From Parasitella parasitica NRRL 2501 (taxonomy: Eukaryota > Fungi > Mucoromycota), in assembly GCA_025201805.1 (NCBI GenBank), contig MU619247.1, positions 156,103-220,102 on the forward strand: a DNA stretch of 64,000 nt. The letters are read 5' to 3'. The translations under genes and the position numbers were made by a program. Of this stretch, positions 37,300-51,493 are shown piece after piece. A model generated the notes under the pieces. The model was given only the letters and a program-made list of their open reading frames with translations, was not told where the DNA came from and made no database searches. The first letter of the stretch is position 1. Every line of letters starts with the position of its first letter.

Positions 37300-37904
37300 T
37301 TTTTTTTTCTAGTGTGTACTATTAAAAGAAGAGAAAAAGGTTTGTTTTTTTTTCTTTTTTTTATTCTTTAACCAATCTTAATTGCTGCATTTATGAATTG
37401 ACTAAGAGTGAAAATTCCTTATTTAGACCACATTTGCTGACATATCTACTGTTCGTCCAACTTTGGAAGTGATATTCACATGAAAATATTTAGCATGTGT
37501 CGTTTTTTTTTTTTTTTGTATGATCTCTGTAGTATTTTGTCGAGGAAACTACAGAGAACCATACCTAAAAGCAAGAGAGACAAGACAGTAAAACCCTCGA
37601 TAAATACTGGGCAACAGCACAAACAATACTTGAGTAAAAGACTGTTTTATAACACCTGAAAATCATGAGCATTTGTGTGTGTGGGGGGGGGAGGTATAAA
37701 ATTTGACATAATGGTGCAATACCCCATTTTACCATGAAAATCTAAGCTTTAGTCATATAGAGTACCATATTGGGATTGACTGATTTAATATTCACGTATA
37801 CGAAAGAATATATTTACGACATGCGCTATCAAAAGGATTCCTTATGTAATACATGCAACATGGTTGAATAGTCATTTATTTAATTAAAACATACATTCAT
37901 TCAC

Positions 37905-40900
37905 TCAAGTTGCTTTTTCTTTGCCTTTAAGAGTTTTGTGAGTAGCAAGATTCTCGGTAGTGGATGAGATTGGTGGCAGCATGGGCTTTGCTTGTGGATT
38001 TCCATGTTGACAAACCAAACATTCCTGATTTGTACCAAGCTGTCTTTCCAAACATTCAGTGTGGAACCCATGGCCACAATGGAACAATACGTATCGTTTT
38101 TGCTTTTGTGCGTCGCCGCTTTCCGTCTCGTCCTTTTGGTCCTCCTGAATTTCATCTTCAAACCCCCATGCCAGGGAAGGCTGCAACAAGGATAGATCTA
38201 ATATGTTGGCACCGCAAATTTCGCAAATAGCTCTGTTGGGTCTCCAGCCCTGTCCTCGTTTTGTAACCATATCCTGGACACTGCCAAACAGATCGCGGTC
38301 AAACAATCGGTTTGTCATTTCCAGTAATTTGCCCTCGTATTTGTAAGTGTCCAGCATGCTTAAAAATATGTCTCGAAAGTCTGCAAATGTGGTTTCTCCC
38401 CTTGCTTGGGAGTGGATCAATTTCAGTAATAAACGAGGCAAAGAAACTTGTGGCGACGTCGACAGTAAAAGCGACGTCAAGATGGACTGCACAAACGACT
38501 TGTACGTCGTTGTAATTAGCTGTCGAACTTCAGATGGCACGCTACTGCTGCTGCTGTTTGTACCGAGCGCGTTGTATATATCAATAGATCCTTCAAAGTA
38601 GGCGTCTAAAAGACGGAACCAAAGTGTCTCTACAAGGTCATTTGGCATATCTTCCTCGTCATTATCGTCTCCAGTAGAACTGTCTTCTCCTCCACGACTC
38701 AGCTCTGGTAGATTCTCATCGTCGATTTCGGTCGGATAGCTAGTTGCAGTAGCTATGCTGCTGCTTTCACATAGTCGTGTACTGACTCGCAGAACGCCAT
38801 TGAGGCCAATCAAGCAGCTGCTTATTAAGCTTTGCTCTCCAAAAGCCCAGCTCGTTTGTGCATCAGCATGGTCTTTGAGGATTTTGAGGATAGCAGTGTT
38901 TTTGTCCTTGGCTACGTCGAGCATCTTTTCTAGCGCGCCTTGTGTGTCTCCACTTTTTTCCATGATCCAAACAACTGCATCCATTACGCCATATTTTTCG
39001 CAGCTCTTTCGAACTTTGTCGAGCGAAATCGCATCATCCAGTCTCGTATTGAAATAATTGAACACGCCAGAAGGATCAAAGCGACACATGAGTTCAATAT
39101 AACGTTCCTGGATTGCGCCGTCCACATGAGGAGTGTGCGTTTCTTTAATGAAGCCTTGATGCACTTGATGCACTTGATGCACTTGATGCACTTGATTTGC
39201 ACTCATGTCATTGTCCCTGGCTTCTACTTCTTCTCCTCCTCCGTTTCCTTCTACTTCTTCTTCTTCTTCATAGGGCTCCAATAGGCCTCTGAGATACGAG
39301 AACAGGCGTTTGTCTGCAGTGGCGTGATGGTCGTCGTCGTCAAACTCTTGGTCTTCCTCTAATCGTCGAATTGCGTCTGCATGGTCGCCTTGCATGAAAT
39401 TCTCGACAATGTTGGCTGCCTTTTGTCCATCAATTTCGACAAACTGAGAGATACGAATCATAAACACTCGCTTCACCTCTTCTTTTTGTCGTTCGTTAAG
39501 CTCAGAGGAGCTCAGCAGCTTCTGAGCACAACTGAAAACCTCGTCGCGGCGTTCGTCGTCCCTGAGATAAGCTTCCACCAGCTTGCCGTACTTTTTGTCT
39601 CGGCGGTAGACATCTTCCAGCACTCTCCAGAATCCAGCATCTTCGTATAACCGTACAATCTGCTCGTGGTTTCCTGGTGTATAGACTGTCAATAGATTCT
39701 GCACAGCTTTTTCGCGGTCTATGCGGGTGATCGGATCGTGGTCCTCGGCCAACCGCACAAGCACCTTGTGTAAAGTCTTTGGTGGAAGTAATATAAATGT
39801 AGTATACATGTGGAGGTTAGAAGCTATAAACATGTAGAGTAGAATGATGTTCTCATTCGAGACGTAATCGTACGATGAGAATCCGTGATGATCGCTGAAT
39901 GCGACTGAAGGCGAAGGCACATTTATGTGGAGGCTGGGTGTCTGTCTGTTTGTGCTAAAAGATTGCACCGTTGAGCCAGAAAACGATTGCTTGGGCCTTG
40001 GTGGAGGTAGCGGCAGGCCATTGCCCGTCAAACCGCCGCCCATGACATCCAAAAGCGTGTTGACAATGATTTGGCGAGAAATGACTTTGCCCGGGACTTC
40101 CTCTTCAAACTTGGAGCTTAGAATGTCTTCACCGCCGTTCAGCCAAGGGTCTTTGAAGGCATCTTCCATAGTCTCCAAGAATCGTTTCGTGTTGAATCGC
40201 AGCAACAATCGCAGATAAGGATACGTAGGCTCAGAGAATCCCTCGTCGTCATCCGCTGTCAAGACCAACTTGCCGCCTACAGGAGGCCAAACAACGCAGC
40301 GGCCAGAGAACACAAACGAATACACTGCGCTTCGGGCATCGCTTGCATCGTCAGACGCTAGCATAGCAGAACCTTCTGGGAAAGATCTGCCGGTCAGGAT
40401 TAACTTGAGATACTCGAACAACTTTTCTGCATTTTGACGATTGTGTGCAATCTGTTGGTTATCACTGCTGGCTTCGTCTCTGAGCACAGATCGCACCACC
40501 TTGAGCATCTCCACTACGGGACTCACATAGTCGTGCATGCTCTTGTTCCATACATACATCATAGCCTCGTACATGCCTTCGCGATGACACATGCTGACAA
40601 TCTGGTCAATGTCCAAGTTGCGAGGATTGACGTGCCAAATCACTTGTTCCAGTTCGTCCAACAATCGCTTCCGGCTGAAATGGTCCACCAAGTCTTTCAT
40701 GATGGACGGCGGGACTTCTGGCACTCTATCCTCCACAATGCATGTCTCTAGCACTTCCAAAAAGATGCCCTTGACATTATTCTCTGAAAATCGCTCGTAA
40801 ACAGTGTCAAAGAGGAATGCCGTGTTGTCCATGCTAAGACAAGCTTTGACGCATCCCTGGGCCAAATTTCGGAATACCACTGTCTCACCGCCCGCAACTT

Positions 40901-43900
40901 CATCTGCCATGCCTTGGTAGATTCTCTTGGACGAGAAGGTGTAGTTTAGCGAAGCCACCAGGATCTCCATCAAACTCTCGCCAACGAGAGCCTTTCTGGC
41001 CTTTTCTTCCTCAGGTAGTCCGATCACTGTTTGAATGTCAATGCCGTTATAGAAAGACGTTGCTAGCTCGATTGTCTCTAAAAGATCGCCCGCTTGTCCT
41101 AGAGCCAGAATTCGGTCCTTCCACGACAGCAACGTGCCCATAAAAATCTGATTCATGCCCAGCAGGAATATCTTTCCCTTGTAGCCTCTGATGGAGCCAA
41201 AGTAGGCCATTTCGACTGACTTTAAGACGCCGGGATTTTCGGGCGAATCCACCGTCTGGGCGGCTGCATCGATCACTAAATCCTTCAGAGGCGCATTGAA
41301 CCAGTCGTGATAAACTAGCTGTTTGGTGCGAATGCTGGAATGTTGTGTCTCGACCATATTCTTGGGGTCAAACAGAATCATCTCTTCGTTTGGTGTAAAT
41401 AATACGAGTATCTACGTTTCACAATGCCTAGTGAGTCAAACAAGAAAGAGCGAGAGAAAGGAGGGAGGGGTGGGGGAAAAATAAAAATAAAAAAAATAAA
41501 AAATCGCACCTGTCTATTGATCCATTGCACGCTAACAATGGCTTCTTTGCATTTCCACTCGCCAATCTTGACAAACTCCAAATTGGTGCCTTTCTTGTTG
41601 GGTTTGGGAGGAGGTGTCGATAATCTGGGAGTTCGACCATTTATATGCGCTTGCTTGGCGTCTTGACTATTGCTGACACCGACGCGGAGGATGAAGAGAT
41701 GACTGCCCCAGGCAAATGCCAGCATGGGGTCAGAAGATGCCAGTTGGTCTTTGCTCTTTGGCGCCTGGTTTCCTCCGCTCATGCCCAGTTTAATCGAGGG
41801 CAACCAGGCCAAACACCCGGAAAGGGGCTCAATGTTTGCCCTGGATCGGTCATCCGTATCAACTGCAGGATCTTGAAGTGCTACCGTTTTGGGCTTTAAA
41901 AATTTATACATGGTTTGCGGGGAGGGCTTTAGGCCAACGATAATCATCTACAACACACTATCAATACAGCAGAAAACAGAGCGCGCACCTTTGCAAAATA
42001 CCTTGTATGGTGTCAGTAGTGCCACAAGGCCAAAATTTTCAGCCGGATGCGGCATCTGACCAAGAGGCAACGGTTGCATAGCAAAAACAGTGCTGGGTCT
42101 TCTAGGCTTGGGTAGTACAGACGGTGATTGAAGTCTTAGTCTTGCATTAGTAGCAAGCGCCTGAGCTCTTTGTATTTCGGGTGTCAACGAAAGATTCTGA
42201 TAACGGCCCAATATGCGAGTAGTGTCTACCGCATTCACCATGATGACTTTGTAGAGAGCGTGATAAAACGCCATCCCTTGATCGTCCCCTGAAACAATGT
42301 CTGTCTTTTTGACGCCCACAAATCCAATGTGCAAAATGGAGGATCCCTTCACATGCCCTTCTTTCCGAGGCACCTGCTGTTGCGGCGCAGACAACGCGCC
42401 AACAACTTGGCTGGCTGAAATAGGGTCAATAGTGCGTACAGGCTGGGAGGGCTTCCTCACATCCCAGACGACGATGTATCCCTGAGAATGTCCACACGCG
42501 ATGGTTGTGTGGTCTGCAGACACTGCCAAAGAGGTTACCGATCCCAACTCGATGGCTAAATAGCAGCGTATTAGTGTATGTCTGGCATGATTAATGTGTC
42601 ATATGCAAATACCTCTTGTGCTATCTCCAAGTATGCATTTTAGATTTTGAGAATAATCATAAACAAACACTAAGCTTCGTGTTGTGCCAATGGCCAAAAC
42701 ACCACTTGCAACCATCACAGAAATCAACCCACTTTCCTTTTTGATGGCGTCCGAGTACAGCTGGCTCGATACTTTGGACAGCGGCATCCACTTGAACGCT
42801 TCCCAAGGCTCGATATTCGACGTATCCGTATCCACAATGTCAAACGAAGACTGCACCGAAGCTGAGGCAGACGTAGAGGCAGACTCACCTGCCGATGACC
42901 CCAACCGCTGCCTCAACATTTGACTATTCACAGGTGACGACAGTGATAGCTGGGACCCTGTTCTACGCGGTGAGGTGCTCGACAAGAATGATGATCTCCC
43001 AGGTGAGGTCTTTGATATGTCTGAAGCGGAATCCTATAGTGTATACAGTTAAATTAAGCTCTTAAAATCACACACACACGCATGCTTACAAAGTTGAGTA
43101 GACTTGATTCTGCATCATTAAATGTATCGAAATAGCCCTCTTCCTCGTCTGATGACTCGTTCAAAATGCTCTCGAGACTTAGATAGTTGGCTTCTCAAGT
43201 ATACTATATTAGTATTTGTCTTTGCATTATGCATTGCCCCCCCCCCCACCACAAACTCACCTTTCTTGACAAACTCTTCGTAGAGTCCAATTTCCTTGGA
43301 TATGTCATCCAGTAAATTGACGACCTTTTGCTTCTTCTTTTCTCCAATGTTTTGCTGGGTCATACTGTTGACAAGCGGCCCGCCGTTCAAATGAATGTAT
43401 AAATCGTCGCGAATCTTGTATAGCCCATTGAGGCTAGTCTGTATAATGGTGTCAGAAACAACTGGCAAATCTAGCTCGGGTATTTGCAGCGCATGAAACT
43501 TTTGCTCTAATAAAGTCAATGATGGCACGCCGTTGATGAGACGAGTTTGATAAGGGACAGCGGCTAAAACTTTGGATAATGGGTCGGGGTGGATGCGATC
43601 AAACGGCTTTGGTGACATGAGAGGTTGATTTGAAAAGGTTGTCTGAAGAGGGGTATTGGGTCTACACGAAAATGTTAGTCTTTAGGTTCTTTTTTTTTTT
43701 CTTTCTTTCTTTCTTTCTTTTTGCATACATGGAATAATCAGAGTTTATAGACTGGGATCTTCTATGGTTCATAAAGTCTTTTAGATTTGCTAGGAACTTG
43801 CCCTTCAGCGAACGGTCTTCCAGGGCAGCCCGCAAGTCTTCAGGAAGTTCAGCCGTGGCAGCATTAAGGTCAATATCAATATGATTCAGCGAATCGTCTT

Positions 43901-44069
43901 CATCTTCAGAGCTATCCTCGAGGACTTCCTTCAATAGAGCATCGTAGTTTTTTCGAAAAGTAGTAGCGCTGATGCTTGGTTCCATGATAGGAGAAGGTCC
44001 TAAACCAGTGCTGTTGCTGCTGCTTCTGCTGCTGCTGGCATCGTTCGAATTTTGTTTATCTGGGTTCAT
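37905..44069 (-). CDS. VPS8: CORVET subunit Vps8 (WD40 propeller, Vps8 domain, clathrin-heavy-chain repeat, C-terminal RING), multi-exon
   Basis: VTSLAVSADHTTIACGH, LVALLTPYK, LAFAWG, LDIDQIVSMC..MYEAMMYVWN, YIELMCRFDP, CEICG..FHCGHGFHTECL..CLVC. Confidence 0.95.
39155..39196 (-). repeat. In-frame 9-bp tandem repeat encoding (QVH)x4 in Vps8
   Basis: Plus strand (ttgatgcac)x4; protein NQVHQVHQVHQVHQG. Confidence 0.9.
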
Positions 44070-44689
44070 ATATTTGGAGAGGGCTACAAAAGAAAGGTCT
44101 CTGAATGTTGCTAGTGCGCCAGGATATGCTTGAAGATATATATTTTTTTTATATTTATGGTAATATAGAATTAAGGAAACAGGCTAAAGTGAAAAAGAAG
44201 GAGGAAGTGAAAGGAGTTGCAAAAACGCAGTGAAAAAGGTTTGCACATCAGGTCGAAACAAATAATCGAAAAAAAAAAAAAGGGGACCCTTTTTTGCAAA
44301 CAAAGCTACCAAGTGCGTGTGTGTATCAATGTGCAGCGACAAATGCCCTTAGTTGCAACGCGGAGCACACTACAAAAAAGAAAACAAACACCCACCTGAT
44401 TCCCTTGTTGTGTAACAAATGCACACTTGAACACTGCAATTGCGTTTTATGTTGCGCGAGGAATACACACCATTAAATCGATATTCGATGCTAGAGTCGC
44501 CAAGAAAATGCAGCGATTTGCGCTAAAAAATCAAACATTTTGTTTATAGTAACATTTGAGGCCATTGGGGGGGTGTTTTTTGTGCCATTTAAGGATAAAC
44601 AAATTATAGGCAAAATTGGAAAATTTCGTAGTGGAACTCAAGACGATTTGTAAAAATGGAATGTGTTTCTATAAATCCTGTGCTTCTTA

Positions 44690-45170
44690 ATCACGACTTT
44701 CTCTAAAGCCGAGATGGTAAGGCATGACAATCTGCATTATGAGCTGGACAGAAGCAGCCAATCACATGAGTATTCTTTGACCTGGTAAAAAAGTTTCTAC
44801 ATCTATCCAAATTTATTGTAAAATCCGTTCGACCCAAGCCGATTACTTTTCTATTGCCATGGTATCATATCTATGTGGTTGGCTTTTACGCCCCATTTCT
44901 GGGTATATCTACAGCATTTCCACTGAATGATCAGGTGTTAATCCAAGTGTGCATAATACGAACAGATTCCAAATTATGTCAAATACACTCGAGCCATTTA
45001 AATCGCGAGACTACAAACTCTCTTGCAAGCACCAATTTTTTATTTTTACTGGCACATCAGCCTTTTAGATAGCTTTCAGTAAGAGAGGCTATATTTTGAC
45101 CCAACCACAACTAATACAGCCAATTAATCGTTGCATCACATCGATGGCTACACTTGATCAGTGTAATGGC
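44690..45170 (-). mobile_element. Decayed retroviral-type integrase (rve) relic
   Basis: The minus strand gives, in order and with frameshifts, VAIDV...GWVKI*PL, a weak TD-like segment, PWQ*KSN-GL-VER and PYHLGF. These parallel the integrase motifs VAVDYFSKW.EA.PL, PYHPQSNGLVER and SPF.L.FG. Confidence 0.45.
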
Positions 45171-45659
45171 TTCATTGTATCTGCCTAAAAGCAAAACCTT
45201 GGCTTGGCCAGGGGTTTCTCTTGCTCAAGGTCATAAAGTTATAGGACACTATCCAAAAAGTCAGGACTAAAAAAAGATAGTTCGACTGGAAGAAGTACCT
45301 TTGTCGCGTAATACTGCTCAATGGTACTGGACATTACAGAAGATTGCCTTTAAGCGAGAAAACCCCCCCCCCATGATCCAGATTGTAGGGTACTTGTTTC
45401 AACCAAGAGACAAAGATACAAAAAAAAAAAAAAAAAGGTTGTTGTGGACTATTTCACAGTATATCGGCTGTTGACTAACATCAGCCCATATTTAAGTTAT
45501 CTATTAGAACCATACCTTGCTCCATAATCGAAAACGGGCATTCCTTGGCAAAGTAGGCTAAACGATGGCAAAAAGACGGCAGTAAATTTAATCTCGGCGA
45601 ATAATGTCCAAATTGCAATCAGTTTATCGCAACAATTGGTATATTCTTCTGAACCTTGC

Positions 45660-46420
45660 GCATCTAATAGGCAATTACATTTTCAAGCATATTTTAATAA
45701 TCATCCAAGTCAGAAATTGGCCAGCAAATTTTCTTGTAGAAGCAGAAGATATGCTCTAGCTTGTTTAATTCGAGAATTACTAGGACATGTCTGGCACCAA
45801 TAGGTGTATCAAAACGTGCTTTATCACTTTACTTGGGAATGTGAACATGATTCAATTGCAAAATATGATGCTTGTTATAGGAACATACGCTGTAAAATCT
45901 GCAAGATCTGCCAAATCTGGTTTTGGCAATATCTCAACAGCAAAGATACATACCGAAAATCAAAAGTTTTAGAGAGGTACAGTTATTATACTAGTATTAG
46001 GATATATACTTGGCTTAGACCCCATATTCGTACATAAAAATGACCCTGAAGGTTGACCAAAGTTGAAAACTGAAAATCCAAAATGAGGTTTGGGGGTCCA
46101 AACATAGCGAAATCTTCAAAATGGCCAAAAGTGCATGAAACTCGAATATGTTGTAGAATAATGCAAAAAAATAATATTTTGGCCGAAGGTCGTGTCTCTA
46201 TCGCTTAATAGTTTGTAAAGATATCAGAGATTGCAGATCCCCCTAAGCAGGGAAAAGAGTTATGTTTTAGATTTGGTAGTATTTATTTCATCCAAAAAAA
46301 AAGGTATGTAGAGATGGTTTTTAAGCCTGTATTATACAGGGTCTCAGCTATCGATTCATGTTAAGACATACCCGAGTTACCTAGTAGAATCATGCTTTGC
46401 TCCTCAATTGAAAATAGGTG
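45660..46420 (+). repeat. Non-coding direct repeat, copy 1 (about 0.77 kb)
   Basis: Shares long blocks with 47113-47900, e.g. ctggttttggcaatatctcaacagcaaagata and tgaaaatccaaaatgaggtttgggggtccaa. Confidence 0.9.
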
Positions 46421-46538
46421 GTGCACTCATTTACAGCGACAAAAAAGGCTGTAGATTGAATCTCAGCACTGTGTTTCCATTTGACCCAAACCAGTTTCGA
46501 GCTTTTTTTTGCACAGTTCATTGCTAGATATTTCAAGA

Positions 46539-46571
46539 ACTTAATAGGTATATCCGATATGCCTATTAAGT
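46539..46571. repeat. Near-perfect 33-bp palindrome between the two direct repeats
   Basis: acttaataggtatatc-c-gatatgcctattaagt: 16-bp arms with one mismatch. Confidence 0.85.
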
Positions 46572-47112
46572 GTTTTATGACAAAAATTAAATTTTGCATC
46601 CAACCATATAAATTACAAGGCTATAGAAATACCTTTTTTTATTACCAATTTTCAAATATTCAAAAAACGTCTTTTTTGATAGTTTTTGAGTGAAATCAAG
46701 CATATTTTAAGCACATTCAGCTCTACAAAATTGATCAAACAAAAAATAATGTCAATGCCTACACATCAAAATCTTGTTGATAACTGTAGCTTCTTTACAT
46801 CTGCCAAAAATCAGAATCTTGTCTCGACCAAAATGAATCTACAATTTTCCGGTCCTATGTTTAGAGGGCCAAAATGAAGCCATTCAAAAGGTAAAAATCG
46901 ATTCCGTTATTCGAGGTTTTCTCACTCAAAAATTGGTATTTTTCGACCAAAAAAACATCTTTAGGTGGTTATGGCGTAGCTCTATTTTATTATTGCTTTA
47001 TCATGTATCTTTATATACCATTTATTGTTCCAAAAGTTATAAAAATAAATTAAGCCTCTGCTAAAAACATATGAAAAAATATTTTTCTCAACATATCTAT
47101 CTAAAAAATAGT

Positions 47113-47900
47113 ACATCTAGTAGAGAATCGAGTTTCAAAAAGATTTTAATAATCGCTCAAGCCAAACTGTCATAGTAGTTTTTTGAGAAACAAGGGAACA
47201 AAGTTTAACGTAAAAAGACAAAATTAGCTCAAGCTTGTCGAATTCAAGCTACGCTACGACATGCTTATTACCGGTAGGTGTACCAAAGTTTGCTTTATTA
47301 CTTTACCTAGGGAATTGGACTTGATTTAGTTGCAAAATTTGGTGCTTCTTATAGGAACATAAGCTATAAAATCTGCAAAATCTGCCAAGTCTGGTTTTGG
47401 CAATATCTCAACAGCAAAGATAGATATCGAAACTCGGAAGTCGTAGCGAATTACAGTTATTATGCCAGTATTAGGATATATACTTGGCTTGGACCACAAA
47501 TCCGTACCTAAAAATGACTCTGAAGGTTGACCCAAAGTTGAAAATTGAAAATCCAAAATGAGGTTTGGGGGTCCAAGCAAAACAAAATCTGAAAAATGGT
47601 TAGAGGTGCCTGGGGCTTAAATACGTTGTAGAATGGTGCAAAAAAATAATGTTTTGGCTGAAGGTTATATCTCTATCGCTTAGTGGTTTGCAGAGATATT
47701 AGAGATTGCAGATTATACTCTTAAGCAGGGAGAAGAGTAATGTTTTAGTTTTGCTAGTATTCATCTCATCCAAAAAAAAATGAACTTATAAAAAATTAAA
47801 ATCTGAAGCCATGTTCTACAGCTTTTCAGCTATCTACGCATGCTAAGAAATATTCTGGTTACATATGGGGTTCATGCCTTGCTCCTAAATTGAAAATAGA
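47113..47900 (+). repeat. Non-coding direct repeat, copy 2
   Basis: Colinear diverged copy of 45660-46420 at an offset of about 1.45-1.48 kb. Confidence 0.9.
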
Positions 47901-48855
47901 TGCTATATGTGTAGGATGGCTGTAGACTACTGCCAAATATAAATTTAAACCCAGAAAAGTGTTGCCAGACCATCTGGAACAAATAATAGGCATGTTGGGT
48001 AAGTGTATTTAAGCATGATCGATCATAGACTCTGTATCGTTCCGTTTAGGTTTGACTATACAAATACCTTTTCTTTTTTTCTGAGTAGCAGTCAACTCTT
48101 AGACTCAACCATAAAATTCATCACATTAAAGCTCATTCACGATACTTTGCTTGCAACCGTAACTCAATTGTTTCTGCTAAAAATCAAAATATTGCACCGG
48201 CTTGAATTCAATGATGGATGTTAATGCTTCAGCTTATAACTGCCATTTACACTAGGTGTCATAAAGATCCTCAACCCCCCCCCAAGTCCACACTTGCATT
48301 TTAATATTTTTAGAGCTTCATCATGTAACCTACCTGCTTTTTCGCATCCAATCTAGACATTTCGTTCGGATCTTGTGTGGTTGCGAACACTTTTTGATTT
48401 ATCTTTCTTTTTTTAGAGACCATCAGTTTATCATGTTAAAAACAAGGAACTTGATATACAAGGAAGCTCTCGCCTTGAACAATGTGTTTTATAATGGTCC
48501 CATGTTAATGAATCTGGCCTTATACTTTGCGAATCAAAGCCTTTCTGTAGGCTGGTTAGTCATGATTACATACGCTAAGTGATTTAATGCAATAGATTTG
48601 TAATTAATGTGAGCTACTACAAATCCTTTCCCTTTTTAATCATAATAATATCAATTCTTCAGAAAAAAGGAGTTCTTCAATAGACATAATTCCATCAGAA
48701 ACTATGAAGGTCTTCATGCATTAGCTTACCGTACCATGGTGGGACCTCCTCTGGTGACCATTTTTCATCAACGCACCGTGGCTTGATCCGATTCAGTTTT
48801 TATGTGGAAATTCCATTAATTTTTTTTCTCATTCCCTTTGATCCAAACTAACGTA

Positions 48856-51212
48856 ATGGGTAGACGGAATAGAGCTGCCTTATTACCCACCCACTTGCCT
48901 CAGCTTCAAAACTTGATCAAGCGTGATTCCAAGTCGTATGAGGCTGAATTTCTTCAACAATGGCGTCACTTCCAATCGACACTGTCCATCTTTTGCTTGA
49001 AGCCTGATGAAGATTCGAAACAGTTGTGTGAATTGGTTACTTTTATGAGCCAAGTAACTCAGTGTTATCCAGAGTTGACCAAGGATTTTCCTCAGCAGAT
49101 TGTCGATCTTTTGAAAGAGCACTGTACTGTTCTTCATCCAGAAGTCAGGAAAAACTTGGTACAGGCTCTTATTCTCCTCCGCAACAAGGGCATTGTTGAT
49201 AACACTCGGTAGGTAGATCTTGATCTAAGATTACAAACATAGACTTACTTTTTATATATATATATAGTCTTTTGCCTCTTTTCTTTACTCTTTTCAAGTG
49301 TAAAGACAAGCATCTTCGAGAAATGCTTTACAATCACATTGTCAATGATATCAAGAACTCCAATGCCAAAGTCAAGAACAACAAATTGAATAAAACGTTG
49401 CAAGCATTTATGTTTACCATTTTGGAGTCAGCCACTACTGGAAATAGCGAAGAAAATGCCATTGCTGCTAAAAAGAGTGTTGATGTCTGTGTTGATCTCT
49501 ATCACAAAAACATCTGGAACGATGCTAAAACGGTCAATGTCATTGCTGAAGCTTGTTTTTCCCCTGTCACCAAGGTCTCTGTCACAGCTGTCAAATTTTT
49601 CTTGAACAGTAATGATCATCAGGAAGAAGAGGAAGTGGATGAGGACGTAGGTTGGTCTGTGGATTGAATGTGGATTTTGTATCTAAGTTTTCCGTTATAG
49701 ATTCCTGATCTGAAAAAGATGCAGATGGCCAATTTGCATAACAAAAAGTCAAAGTCCAAAGATCGCAAGTTGGATGCTGCCAGAAAGAAGGTCAAGAGAA
49801 AGTCGAAGAAATCTGAAAAGGCCGAGAGTTTCAATTTCTCTGCACTTCATCTTTTGAATGATCCTCAAGGTTTTGCAGAAAAGTTATATTCCAAGCTGGC
49901 AAGCAAGGACGATCGCTGGGAGGTTCGATTAATGAAGATGAACTTGGTCTCCCGTGTGATAGGTATCCATCAATTGATCATTTTAGGCTTCTATCCGTTC
50001 TTGATCAAATATCTTCAACCTTCTCAGCGTGATGTTACCATGGTTTTGGTCTGTGCCGCTCAGGCATCTCACTCTCTTGTGCCTCCAGACATTTTAGAGC
50101 CTGTTTTGAAGGCCATCGCTAATAACTTTGTCACTGACCGTGTTGCAAATGAAGTTATGGCTGTCGGCATTAACGGTATCCGCGAGATCTGTATACGCCA
50201 GCCTTTAGCCATCGAAGCTACCTTGCTACAGGACTTGACACAATATAAGCAACATCGCGATAAAAGCGTACTCATGGCTGCTCGCTCTCTCATTGCTCTT
50301 TTCCGTGAAATTAATCCTGAAATGCTGCTGCGTAAGGATCGTGGTAAGACGGCCACTATCAAGATGAAGGATGGTTCTATCCGCTCTGTTGCGTTTGGTG
50401 AATCTGCCAATAATATGGATGGCCTCCAAGGTCTTGAATTGCTCGATGCTGCCGAGAAAAATGATGAAGATTGGGGAGACTGGGAAGTCGATGATTCCAG
50501 CGACGAAAGTGAGGACGAGGGCGATTGGGTTAATGTCGCCAGTGATGATGAAAATTATGTCAATGTCAATTTGGACGATGATAAAAAGGATTCTGGAGAT
50601 GAAGAAAACAAACAGAAACTTCAGTACAAGGTTGGTCCTAACGGGGAAATTGTCAAGGCTCGTCGTATCGGTAAGCGTCAATTGAAGAAAATGCTCGACG
50701 CTGAGGAACACAAAGAGATCACAGAAGAGCAAAGACAAAAGTTGTTAGAGGCTGTCAAAGCTCGTCGAGCCGAAGAGCAAGTCAAGCATGATGCTGCTAT
50801 CAAATTGGCTACCACTCGTATCTTGACACCTGCTGATTTTGCTCGTTTAGAAGAGCTCAAGATGAACAAAGAAATTGACCAGATTCAAGGTAAAAAGCGT
50901 GGTGCTGATGATGCTCACCACGATGGCGAAATTAATGAGATGGCCATTCTTGGTCCTCGCAAGAAGGCTAAGCAAGACTACGAGCAAAGAATGGCATCCA
51001 TCCAAGAAGGACGTGACGGCCGCGAGAAGTTTGGCTCTAACAAGGGCAAGAAGGAAAGAGGTAGTACCACTAACCGCGAGAAGGCTAGAAATAAGAACTT
51101 TATGATGGTTGCGCACAAACAGTCTGTTCTTTGGAAATCCAAGCGTAGTTTGTTTGACAAACAAAAATCATTACGAGCTGCTATTGAGAAGCAAAAGAAG
51201 CTCAAGCATTAA
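48856..51212 (+). CDS. SDA1: 60S ribosome biogenesis protein SDA1, 3 exons
   Basis: [67 protein letters not shown]. Confidence 0.96.
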
Positions 51213-51493
51213 TCCCAGTATAACCTCTATGTTTTGTATTTCTTTTTCCCCCATTTTGTTATTATCACCACCACCATGTTATTTTCCTGTTCATTTAATA
51301 TAAAATTAAACATGCATTGCTATTATAGCGTAGATTCTACTCATTTGTGTGCTAAATTTCCTCCTCCCCATTGCAAATTTGTGTATGATTTACAACACTT
51401 TTTGTAATAGCAGGTTCAATACTAGTTGTAGCAGAGCCACCATTAGTAGTATCTACAGGAGCTGCAGATCAACAGGAGTAGAAGCCACAGCGC

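Noticed and set aside
45660-47900. Reading the direct repeats as an LTR pair or a CRISPR-like array
   Set aside because: No TG...CA termini, PBS or PPT, and no short repeat-spacer periodicity.
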